Source of the DNA: Myxococcota bacterium
GTDB lineage: Bacteria > Myxococcota_A > UBA9160 > UBA4427
NCBI GenBank assembly: GCA_050618075.1
Contig: JBNLVL010000004.1
Coordinates: 166,750-230,749, forward strand
Direction: 5' to 3'
Length of the DNA: 64,000 bases
The stretch's first letter is position 1. Every line of letters starts with the position of its first letter. The translations under genes and the position numbers were made by a program. Below are positions 44,818 through 53,470 of this stretch, piece by piece. The notes below the pieces were generated by a model. The model had not been told where the DNA came from. It did no database searches and saw only the letters and a list, made by a program, of their open reading frames with translations.

Positions 44818-44884
44818 TCGGTCTCGTCGAATTCGCGACCCACTCCCAAAGACGACGGGTGAGCCGTCGCGAGAGGAGGTCCCG

Positions 44885-47392
44885 ATGACGATCCGACCCG
44901 TGCACCGCGAGAACCGACCCCTGATGGGGCGAACGACCCTGGCTCTCTTCCTGGCGCTCGTGCTCGCCGCCACGGCCTGCGAGGAGAAGGCGAAGACCGA
45001 CGACACCGCCGAGCTCGCCAGGGTCGGACTGCAGGCCAGACCGAAGACCCTGGTGGAGTACGCGGACGGCACCCTGGCGTTCGTCGGGAGCGACACCGAG
45101 GTCGCGCGCCGGGGGGTGGAGCCCGTCGCCGTCGAGACCGGGATGCTGAGCCTGTCGCTTCCCGCCGTCGAACCCTGGAGCGCCTCGGCCGACGAGGTCG
45201 TGGTGTTCGCGAACGAGGCCGAAGGGCTGGCGCTGCGGGCGCAGCACGGGATCGAACCGCCGGCCCCGGGAGCGGGCGGCGTGATCCTGGACTTCGTGCC
45301 CGGGGGCGACGACGACTGGCTGGAGCCGCCGGCCACCGCCGACGACTTCACGATCCTGGCTCGCGGCGCCGAGGACGACTCGTTCCGGGTCGCGACCATG
45401 GACCTCACCTCCATCAGCACCCACACCCTCGATCTCGCCGACTCCGACGAGCTCGTCAGCGGCGGCGGGGGCGGTGGGGGCGGGGTCGGCGGCGTGGGCG
45501 GCCTGACGGGCGGTGGTCCCGCGCTTCCGGTCCGCTACGCCATGTCCGACGGACTCGAGCTGCGCACGCTGCCCGACTTCGGCGGCTCGCTGGCGATGGA
45601 GCTCCTGCAGGGCGACCGGGTGTTCGTGCTCGACACGCTGCCCGTGCCCGGCAGCGGCGGTCACGTCTTCGTCGAGGTACAGGTGGCGGACCGCTCCCCG
45701 TACCCCACCGGCTGGTTCCCGCTCCACTGGCTGCTGAAGGTCGACCCCCAGAGCTCGGCCGATACCCTGGATCCGAAGGCCACCTACGGGCTGTTCGGCC
45801 GCCTGGCGCGCGACTTCATCCAGGAGCGCTTCTGGAAGGGCTGCAACACCTACCCGGTCTTCCCCCACGATGCGACCTTCTTCCAGACGCCCACGGTCGT
45901 CGACGTCTCGATTCCGGAGGCCACCCGCTACGACTGCGGCGAGCTCCCGTTGGGCGCCATCGAGAACGACACCACGAAGTACATCAGCACCTACGAGTTC
46001 TCGACGCCGTCGTACCACTACGACGTCGCCGGCATCGACCTGCTTCACATCGACTCGATCCCCCTCGAGATCCCGATCGAGCTCTATCGGCTGCCCTGGC
46101 AGACGCGCGGGGACGACTACGCGATGCTCGACCTCTCGAGCGGCTGGTACCAGCAGTTCGACGACTCGAACGCGGATGTGGTCGAGCACAGCCGCTACGC
46201 CCGCACCCCCGGCGTGCTCGAGGAGGACGCGGTGCGCGTCCACGACACCGACTTCTGGTACAACCTCGGCTTCGAGCCGCCGGCGGGCGTCGAGGACATC
46301 GGTGCCGAGGCGTACCTCAACGTGTGCATGGCCCTGCCGGGAACGCGGATTCGCGGCGGGTTGTCGCCCATGGACGTGTCGATCCACTCGGTGGCGGCGA
46401 CCAGCCACGTCGAGGGCGTGAGCTGGGGCGCCTTCGACCTCTCGCCCTTCCGACTCTGCGCCACGGCCGCCGTCTCGACCGAGCCGGGCGACCCGGCCGG
46501 TGACTTCACGACCGGTCCCCAGTCGCCCCTGCGCCTGCGGCTGCTGCGGGCCTCGCTCCACGGCCTGTCCATCGAGATGGTCGAAGGCCTTCAGCTCTAC
46601 GGCCACTTCGCCGGAGTGCACGGCGTCGCGTTGCTCGCGCTCACCGAGTTCCTGAACGGAGTGCTGCAGGAAACGGGGGTGCTCGGGCTCGTCTTCGACG
46701 CCTACTTCGAGGAGGGCCTGGAGGCCCGGCTGCTCTCGTGGCTGAACGACATGGCCGCCACGCTGGCCCAGGGCCTCCCGGACCCCGACGCGGAGCTGGC
46801 CGACGCCTGCGACCTGATGCCCGCGGCCTACGCGAGCCCGACCCATCGCTACTACCCGATCTACCGGCACTGCCAGGACGCGGTCCAGGCGGCGAGCGTC
46901 CAGCTGGCGACCAACTCCGACGAGGCGGCGTCGGCGTGTCACGCCGACCCGAACGCCTATGGCCGGGCCAACGACGTCACGAGCTTCACGAGTCCGGAGG
47001 ACGACGAAGACCTCTACTACGTGGACCAGGGCGGAGCCTCGCCCCAGGCCACCGTGGTCGAAAGGCCCTGGTGGAATGCGTGCGGGCTCGAGTCGGAGAT
47101 CGATACGGTCGTCCCCGACGACTACTGGCCGGTCCTCGAGTGCGCGGCGGTCACGCTCGAGGACGCGCTGAACTACCAGATGTCGAGCGGCTCGGCCCAG
47201 AACCGCCTGCGCAGCGAGTGCCTGATTCCCACGGTGAAGCTCCTGTGCGACTGGTACGGCGAGGGGGACGACCTGATCGAGCTCTGGTCCGCGGGGGGCG
47301 CGCCGGCCACCGGCAACACCTTCGGCTTCTGCGACTGGTACGCGGACCTGACGGCTCCGGACACCCCGGACTACACCATCGGAGGGAGCTGA
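44885..47392 (+). CDS. Large acidic lipoprotein of unknown function with a Gly linker and an SH3b-like domain
   Basis: GAGGAGG RBS; lipobox-like ATA-C; poly-Gly linker; LELRTLP...GDRVFVL...VEVQ...GWFP SH3-like segment; multiple Cys in the C-terminal part. Confidence 0.8.
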   Translation: MTIRPVHRENRPLMGRTTLALFLALVLAATACEEKAKTDDTAELARVGLQARPKTLVEYADGTLAFVGSDTEVARRGVEPVAVETGMLSLSLPAVEPWSASADEVVVFANEAEGLALRAQHGIEPPAPGAGGVILDFVPGGDDDWLEPPATADDFTILARGAEDDSFRVATMDLTSISTHTLDLADSDELVSGGGGGGGGVGGVGGLTGGGPALPVRYAMSDGLELRTLPDFGGSLAMELLQGDRVFVLDTLPVPGSGGHVFVEVQVADRSPYPTGWFPLHWLLKVDPQSSADTLDPKATYGLFGRLARDFIQERFWKGCNTYPVFPHDATFFQTPTVVDVSIPEATRYDCGELPLGAIENDTTKYISTYEFSTPSYHYDVAGIDLLHIDSIPLEIPIELYRLPWQTRGDDYAMLDLSSGWYQQFDDSNADVVEHSRYARTPGVLEEDAVRVHDTDFWYNLGFEPPAGVEDIGAEAYLNVCMALPGTRIRGGLSPMDVSIHSVAATSHVEGVSWGAFDLSPFRLCATAAVSTEPGDPAGDFTTGPQSPLRLRLLRASLHGLSIEMVEGLQLYGHFAGVHGVALLALTEFLNGVLQETGVLGLVFDAYFEEGLEARLLSWLNDMAATLAQGLPDPDAELADACDLMPAAYASPTHRYYPIYRHCQDAVQAASVQLATNSDEAASACHADPNAYGRANDVTSFTSPEDDEDLYYVDQGGASPQATVVERPWWNACGLESEIDTVVPDDYWPVLECAAVTLEDALNYQMSSGSAQNRLRSECLIPTVKLLCDWYGEGDDLIELWSAGGAPATGNTFGFCDWYADLTAPDTPDYTIGGS

Positions 47393-47424
47393 GGACGCGC
47401 GACGCTCCCCGGAGACACGAGAAC

Positions 47425-47456
47425 AGCGAGGGCATCGCGCAAGCGGTGCCCTCGCT
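47425..47456. terminator. Strong hairpin between convergent genes (probable terminator)
   Basis: 14-bp stem AGCGAGGGCATCGC / GCGGTGCCCTCGCT with a GCAA tetraloop; no long U-tract. Confidence 0.6.
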
Positions 47457-47530
47457 TCGTCGCAAGGGCCGCCGTGGCCCGATCCAACGCTCGGCGAGGA
47501 CCGCGAGGGCCGGGGGCGCCGCCGACCCGC

Positions 47531-49306
47531 TCAGCCCAGCAGCTCGCGGATCTCGTGGGCGAGCCGCGCGAGGGAGAAGGGCTTTGCCAGGGTTCGGACG
47601 CCCGGCAGCTCCGCCAGGTGGTCGAACTGGGCGGCCGCGTGGCCGCTCATGATCACCGCTGGGAGCTCCGGGTCCAGCCTGCGCAACCCGTGGAAGGTCT
47701 CCTCGCCCCCGAGATCGGGCATCGCCATGTCGATCAGGGCCACGTCGAAGCCCGATTCCGACGACTCGAGGATCTGCAACGCGGGTCGCCCCCCCGCCGC
47801 CTCGAGCACGCTGGCACCCTGGTTGCGCAACATGGCCGAGACCACGCGGCGCACGCTCGGGTCGTCGTCGACCACGAGGATGCGACGACCCTCGAGCCCG
47901 AAGCCCTGCGGGCTCGAGAAGGTCGTGGCCATCTCGGGCACGCCCGCCAGCGGGAGCAGGACGCGGAAGCAGGTCCGTCCGGGCTCGCTCGTCACCTCGA
48001 TGGCGCCCTCGTGGTTCTCGGTGAAGGTGCGCGCCACCGCGAGTCCGAGGCCGCGGCCCACCTGCTTCCGCGAGACGAAGGGCTCGAACACCCCCTCGAT
48101 CTCGTCGGAGCGCAGCCCGCAGCCCGCGTCGATGATCGAGACCGAGGCGTACTCGCCGGCCGGGTTGCCCGAACCGACCGTACATCCATCCAGCACCTCG
48201 CGACCCACCCACTCGCTCCGGGTCTCGATCCGCACCCGGGCGGTGTCCCCCCTGGCCGCCTCGAACGCGTTCTTGAGCAGGTTCAGCAGGACCGAGCTCA
48301 GGCCGTCGGGGTCGACGGACACCCACATCGGCCGGGCGGCCTGCGCCAGGTCCAGATCGATCGGCTCGTCGAAGGCGTTGCGCGAGACCTCGAGGACGTC
48401 GGTCACCGCGTCGCGCAGATCGATCGTGGTCCGCTGCGCTCCCCCGCGCCGGGCGAAGGCGACGAGCTCCCCGACGACCCCGGCCGCCTTGTCCGCGCTC
48501 TTCTGGATGGTTTCGAGGGATTCGCGGAGATCGGGGTCGTCGGCGACGGAGAAGGTGGCGATCTCCGCGTTGCCCCGGATCGCGGTGAGGAAGTTGTTGA
48601 AGTCGTGGGCGACACTCCCGGCCAGGATCCGCAGCCGATCGAACTCCTCGCTCAGCGCCCGCCTGCGCAGCTCGGCGCCCACCCGCGCGCTCGTCTCGCG
48701 CTCGGCCTCGCGCTGGGCCACCCGACGCATCTCGTGGTGGAGGAAGAGCGCGATGTACGTCAGGAACGGAAGCGACACGGCGGCCACGAACTTGGCCTCT
48801 GCGACGCCGGCTCGATCGACCGCCACGGGGAACTCGAACCCCGCCCGACGCAGCCCCCAGGTCAACCCGGCAATTCCGACCACGGCGAACGTGCTGGCGA
48901 GTCCGGTCCGCGCACCCAGCACGAGGACCGCGAAGAGGGGGACCAGATTTCCCGCGAACAGGACGCCCACGTTCTCGCCGCCGGTGCTGAGCACCACGAC
49001 CGCCCAGGTCACGAAGAGCCCGCCCACCATCGTGGCCGCGCCCGGTCTCGGCCCGATGCCCGCGCGAAGCGAGATTACGCCGCCCACGAGCAGCAGGGCG
49101 AGGGCCGCCATGGCGAGGGCGCCGAAGTGGTTGTCGAACCTCCACATGGAGAGCGCGCCCAGCGTCGCGCCGAGACTGCCCGACACGCACGAGATGCCGA
49201 CGAAGGCCACGAGCATCTCGTAGCTGGGCGAGTCGGTCGGCGGTGCCATCCACCGCGCCACCGAACGAAGCCAGCGATCGTTCCTCGCCGTCGACTCCTC
49301 CACCAC
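47531..49306 (-). CDS. Membrane-bound hybrid sensor histidine kinase/receiver
   Basis: 5-6 TM helices, H-box AHDFNNFL, N-box NLLKNA, D.GCG, GRGLGLA, receiver VVDDD / DMAMPD / KPF. Start uncertain (could extend to 49435). Confidence 0.9.
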   Translation of the reverse strand: MVEESTARNDRWLRSVARWMAPPTDSPSYEMLVAFVGISCVSGSLGATLGALSMWRFDNHFGALAMAALALLLVGGVISLRAGIGPRPGAATMVGGLFVTWAVVVLSTGGENVGVLFAGNLVPLFAVLVLGARTGLASTFAVVGIAGLTWGLRRAGFEFPVAVDRAGVAEAKFVAAVSLPFLTYIALFLHHEMRRVAQREAERETSARVGAELRRRALSEEFDRLRILAGSVAHDFNNFLTAIRGNAEIATFSVADDPDLRESLETIQKSADKAAGVVGELVAFARRGGAQRTTIDLRDAVTDVLEVSRNAFDEPIDLDLAQAARPMWVSVDPDGLSSVLLNLLKNAFEAARGDTARVRIETRSEWVGREVLDGCTVGSGNPAGEYASVSIIDAGCGLRSDEIEGVFEPFVSRKQVGRGLGLAVARTFTENHEGAIEVTSEPGRTCFRVLLPLAGVPEMATTFSSPQGFGLEGRRILVVDDDPSVRRVVSAMLRNQGASVLEAAGGRPALQILESSESGFDVALIDMAMPDLGGEETFHGLRRLDPELPAVIMSGHAAAQFDHLAELPGVRTLAKPFSLARLAHEIRELLG

Positions 49307-49524
49307 ACAGCCCTTCAGTTCCGTGGTCCTCCAGCGGATTCTGACAGCTCGGAGTCCCTGGCGCCCCCCGTGCCGGCCAGATCGATCGATTTCCGCCGGC
49401 GATCGGGCGTCCCGGAACGCCCCGGACTCCGCCATGGCAGGCGACCGAGTCCGGGAGCCGTCCGATGGTACGCTGCGAGAGAGCGCGCCGAGGCCGTTCG
49501 AACGACGCGGAGGGAGGCGGATCC

Positions 49525-50322
49525 ATGGGCGCGGACCGGTCGGTCTTTCTCTGGCTCCTGAAGCTGGGCGCCGTGCTCGACCTGGTGCTGCTCGCGCACC
49601 TCCATTCCCTGGATTGGGACGCGCCGGACCCCCATCTGCTCATATCTGCGCAGATCCTCCTCGGAGTTTCTGCGTACCGGTGCCTGTTCCCGAATCGATA
49701 CAACGACAACGTCGTCTTCCACCGCACCCGGCTGTCGTCGACCTTCGTGACCCGGGTGCTCGCCACCTTCTCGGAGATGGCCTACGTCTACCTGTTCTCC
49801 CACGCCCTCCGACTGCTGAACGTCGAGCGCCTGGCCTGGGTGGATGCGCTGTCCTGGCTCATGGTCGCCCAGGTCGCCCTGTCCCAGGTGTTCGTGTGGG
49901 GCGCCATCCTCGGTGGGCGGCGCCTGCTCTACGTCTACGAAGAGCTCGGCTGGGCCGTCATCTTCGCGGCCAACACCCTGGCCAGCCTGGGTCTGTACCG
50001 GACCCTCGACTCGCCCGGCCCGGGCGCCCTGCTCATCCATCTGAACCTGCTCTTCGGGGCGGTCTACCTGCCGTGGCAGCTCCTCCACCTGCGCAGCCTG
50101 TGGCAGGACGCCCGGAAGGACGCCCCGCCCACGACCGGAGGCTCTCCCTCGGGGCGCGAACGGCTGGCCGACGGCCTCCACCGCTCCCTGCACGAGCCGA
50201 ACCGGCGCACCGACGCCGAATCGTGGGGGGGATGGATCGGCCTGTCCTGGATGACCGCCTACTGGGCGACGCTGATCCCGCTGTGGGTCCACCGGATTGC
50301 CGTGGTCTTCGCCGGGTCGTAG
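49525..50322 (+). CDS. Hypothetical integral membrane protein
   Basis: Multiple TM helices; GGGAGG RBS before ATG 49525. Confidence 0.72.
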   Translation: MGADRSVFLWLLKLGAVLDLVLLAHLHSLDWDAPDPHLLISAQILLGVSAYRCLFPNRYNDNVVFHRTRLSSTFVTRVLATFSEMAYVYLFSHALRLLNVERLAWVDALSWLMVAQVALSQVFVWGAILGGRRLLYVYEELGWAVIFAANTLASLGLYRTLDSPGPGALLIHLNLLFGAVYLPWQLLHLRSLWQDARKDAPPTTGGSPSGRERLADGLHRSLHEPNRRTDAESWGGWIGLSWMTAYWATLIPLWVHRIAVVFAGS

Positions 50323-50348
50323 GGGCGACTCGGGCGGCGGGCGGGACC

Positions 50349-50918
50349 TCAGGCTCCGTGTGCCGAGACTCCCAGCACCGAGCGCAGCTCCGGCACCCGG
50401 TCCGTCATGGCCAGACGGCTCCGGCGCAGGCTCACCTTGACCGCGGCGCTCGACTTTCCGACCTCCCGGGCGATCGAGTCGATCGAGCGTCGCTCGGCGT
50501 AGCGGAGCCGGAAGATCTCGCGGTGGTCGGGGCGGCGCGCCGTGGCGAGAACCTCCTCGCAGCGAGCCAGCAGTCTCGCGGCGTCCACGCGCTGCTCGAT
50601 CGCCGCGTCGAAGCCATACTGGCTCAGCTCCTCGACGTCGCCGTTCCCGCGCAGCCGGCGTGCGCCCTGGCGGAAGTACTGGCAGCAGACGTGGTGGGCG
50701 ATGCCGAAGGCCCAGGTGAGCAGACTCGAGCGACCCTCGAAGGAATCGAGAGCGCGGTAGAGACGGGCGAAGGTCTCCTGGGTGAGGTCCTCGGCCTCCG
50801 CCGCGTTGCCCACGCGCTTCAGGCAGAAGGCGTAGACCCGCGGTCGGTACATCTCGTGGATCTCGTCGAAGCTGTGCTCGTTGCGAGTGGCTGCAGAGAT
50901 CGGAATCGGCATCAGCAT
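50349..50918 (-). CDS. ECF-type RNA polymerase sigma-70 factor
   Basis: Region 2 AEDLTQETF...F.GRSSLLTWAFGIA; region 4 SIDSIAREVGKSSAAVKVSLRR; GAGGAG RBS. Confidence 0.9.
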   Translation of the reverse strand: MLMPIPISAATRNEHSFDEIHEMYRPRVYAFCLKRVGNAAEAEDLTQETFARLYRALDSFEGRSSLLTWAFGIAHHVCCQYFRQGARRLRGNGDVEELSQYGFDAAIEQRVDAARLLARCEEVLATARRPDHREIFRLRYAERRSIDSIAREVGKSSAAVKVSLRRSRLAMTDRVPELRSVLGVSAHGA

Positions 50919-51207
50919 GGTCTCCTCGGTCCGACGGACCTGGCCGCGGATGGGGCGGCTGCGTCGATCCCCAGCTTGTGGGAGATCGCACGGCCGCACA
51001 GTGAAGCCCTTCACAGAGGGGTGGATTTCTCCCGGTTCCCGCGCGAGGGGCCCGGGAGCCGCGCGAGACGCCCCCGTGGCGACCCGCGAAGTCTCACGGC
51101 ACCGGCGACCGAGGGCCCGGGCGGACCTCCGGCCGTCCGGCCTTCGGGACACCGAAGCCTGGCCTAAGCTTTTCGGGCGGAACCCGAGGACGGATGCAGG
51201 GCCGACC

Positions 51208-52038
51208 ATGAAAAGCGATATCTACCTGGGCATGAGGCCGGGGGACCTGGACGGGAAGTCCTACGCGAAGTACTGGAACCCGGAGATGGGGCCCTTGCCG
51301 GAGCACGTCCAGCGGGCCCTGATGCACGGCGTCGAGGCGGCGGAGCTGGGGTTTCCCGTGAGCGAGGCCGGCCGGCTCCTCGAGCCGGGGTACCTCCCGC
51401 TGGAGAACGGCTTCACCCGGCTGGACGACGGACAGGTCTTCGTGTCCGTGTTGACCCGGATGCCCGGAGTCACGAGCCGGATGATCGACTGGTGGTTCGG
51501 GTGGCACTTCATGGAGTCCCAGCGCTACAAGCTGTGGCACCCCCGCGCGCACCTGTCGAACCGGGCCGAGCGGATGGTCGGAGACGATCCCGGGCTCTCC
51601 GACCGCGAGAAGTACCTGGGGAACCCCAACTACGTCAGCGAGTACGTGGGCGGCGACCGGCTGGACATCGTGATCACGTTCTCGGAGGCCTCGGACTTCT
51701 TCGACGTCTCACGCTTCCGGGCCGCGGGCGTCGGGACCGCCATCTGTGGCGTGGTCGGCTTCCAGAGCTCGCCGCTGGCCTTCGCCCTCCTCATCCACCT
51801 CATCCGGGAGACCGACGACGGCTGCGAGATGAGGAGCCGCTTCTGGCTGGGCCGGATCGCGGTGCGGGGGCTGCCCGCCGCGGGAGCCCTCGGCCGGATC
51901 GCGGGCTCCCGCTTCGTGGCCAGGCGCGCGGTGCCCATCGGGCTGGGGCGGGACATGGTCGTCCACTGCGCGGCCGAGATGAACCACCTGGCCGGCTTCC
52001 TGCCGGAGCTGTACGCCGACCATCACGCCGGCGGCTGA
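51208..52038 (+). CDS. PhlG-like (2,4-diacetylphloroglucinol hydrolase family) protein
   Basis: MPGVT..MIDWWFGWH, RYKLWHP.AH, EYVG, HLIRET..GCEMRSRFW, HCAAEMNHL. Confidence 0.85.
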   Translation: MKSDIYLGMRPGDLDGKSYAKYWNPEMGPLPEHVQRALMHGVEAAELGFPVSEAGRLLEPGYLPLENGFTRLDDGQVFVSVLTRMPGVTSRMIDWWFGWHFMESQRYKLWHPRAHLSNRAERMVGDDPGLSDREKYLGNPNYVSEYVGGDRLDIVITFSEASDFFDVSRFRAAGVGTAICGVVGFQSSPLAFALLIHLIRETDDGCEMRSRFWLGRIAVRGLPAAGALGRIAGSRFVARRAVPIGLGRDMVVHCAAEMNHLAGFLPELYADHHAGG

Positions 52039-52068
52039 GCCGGGACCGTCGGGAGCCCCCCCGCTTCC

Positions 52069-52183
52069 GATCGGCAGATCGGATCGGCGGATCGGATTGG
52101 AAGATCGGATCGGCGGATCGGATCGGAAGACCGGAATGGAAGACCGGATCGGAAGACCGGAATGGAAGATCGGAATGGAATCG
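52069..52183 (+). repeat. Minisatellite: 13-bp unit GA(T/A)(C/T)GG(A/C)(A/G)GA(T/C)CG x8 plus a partial copy
   Basis: Contiguous units at 52069, 52082, 52095, 52108, 52121, 52134, 52147, 52160 and 52173. Confidence 0.9.
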
Positions 52184-52188
52184 CCCTG

Positions 52189-53439
52189 GTGACGAAGAAG
52201 ATCCTGATCGCGGTGGTCGCGTCGGCGGCCATCGTCGCCGCCGTCGCGGCCCTCGTCTACGAGCGCGAGCTTCGGCGGATCCAGTTCGCCCTCTCCCTGT
52301 TCACCGGCGCGGAGCAGTACGAAGCCTTCGCTCGCATCCCGGAGATCTATCCCACGTCGCGCATGCCGGCCGCGGCAACCCCCCACTCGTTCCCGGAAGG
52401 GGAGCCGATCTCGCTTCCGGAGTCCTTCGACTACGCGGGCGCGACGGTCGACACGCAGACCTTCCTGGCCGAGACCGACACGAGCGCCCTGCTCGTGCTC
52501 GAGGACGGCAGGGTCCGCTACGAGCGCTACATGCTGACCGGCGGGCGGGACGTGGGCTGGCTCTCGATGTCCGTCGCCAAGAGCTTCGTCTCCGCTGCGG
52601 TCGGAATCGCCGTGGAGGAGGGGCACATCCGGAGCATCGAGGAGCCCATCACCGCGTACGTCCCCAGGCTGGCCGGATCCGCCTACGACGGGGTCCGCAT
52701 CAAGGACATCCTGCAGATGTCCTCGGGTGCCCGCTGGAACGAGGACTACAGCGATCCGGAGAGCGACATCAACCGCTTCGGGCGCATCATGGCGCTCGGG
52801 GGCTCGATGGACGAGTTCGCGGCGACGCTCGAGCGCGAGCACGAGCCCGGCACCCTCAATCACTACAACTCGACCGACACCCAGGTGCTGGGCATGCTGC
52901 TCGTGGCCGCCACCGGTCGCAGCGTGGCGGACTACATGGCCGAGAAGCTGTGGCAGCCCCTGGGCATGGAGAGCGACGGCCATTGGATCGTCGACAGCGA
53001 GGGCATGGAGCTGGTCTTCGGGGGCCTGAACGCGACGGCCCGGGACTACGCGAAGCTGGGCGAGCTCTACCGCCTGGGAGGACGCTGGAACGGGGAGCAG
53101 ATCGTGCCGGAAGCCTGGGTCCATGCCTCGGTGACGCCGGACGCGCCCCATCTCACTCCCGAATCCAAGGCCGACGACCCCTTCCCGGTCGGCTACGGGT
53201 ACCAGTGGTGGATTCCCGCAGGCGACGAGGGGGAGTTCTCCGCCATCGGCGTCTACAACCAGTTCATCTTCGTGAATCCCTCTCGCGACCTGGTCGTCGT
53301 GAAGCTGTCCGCCTTCAGCGACTACGCGACGTCGCTGGACGAGTCGGCCTACCGTGAGGTCGAGAGCTTCGAGTTCTTCCGGGCGATCGCCCGCAGGATC
53401 GAGTCCCTGCGAGCGGCGCCTGCAGAGCCGCTGCGATGA
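52189..53439 (+). CDS. Serine hydrolase, beta-lactamase class C/NylB-like family, N-terminally anchored
   Basis: SxxK (SVAK), LQMSSG, YNS, YGYQWW, AIGVYNQ; hydrophobic N-terminus; GTG start. Confidence 0.9.
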   Translation: MTKKILIAVVASAAIVAAVAALVYERELRRIQFALSLFTGAEQYEAFARIPEIYPTSRMPAAATPHSFPEGEPISLPESFDYAGATVDTQTFLAETDTSALLVLEDGRVRYERYMLTGGRDVGWLSMSVAKSFVSAAVGIAVEEGHIRSIEEPITAYVPRLAGSAYDGVRIKDILQMSSGARWNEDYSDPESDINRFGRIMALGGSMDEFAATLEREHEPGTLNHYNSTDTQVLGMLLVAATGRSVADYMAEKLWQPLGMESDGHWIVDSEGMELVFGGLNATARDYAKLGELYRLGGRWNGEQIVPEAWVHASVTPDAPHLTPESKADDPFPVGYGYQWWIPAGDEGEFSAIGVYNQFIFVNPSRDLVVVKLSAFSDYATSLDESAYREVESFEFFRAIARRIESLRAAPAEPLR

Positions 53440-53470
53440 GCGCAGGGCCCTTCCGCGCTAGCCTGCCGCC

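Noticed and set aside
52069-52183. Repeat array as CRISPR or iterons
   Set aside because: Head-to-tail 13-bp units with no unique spacers, and no rep or cas gene.
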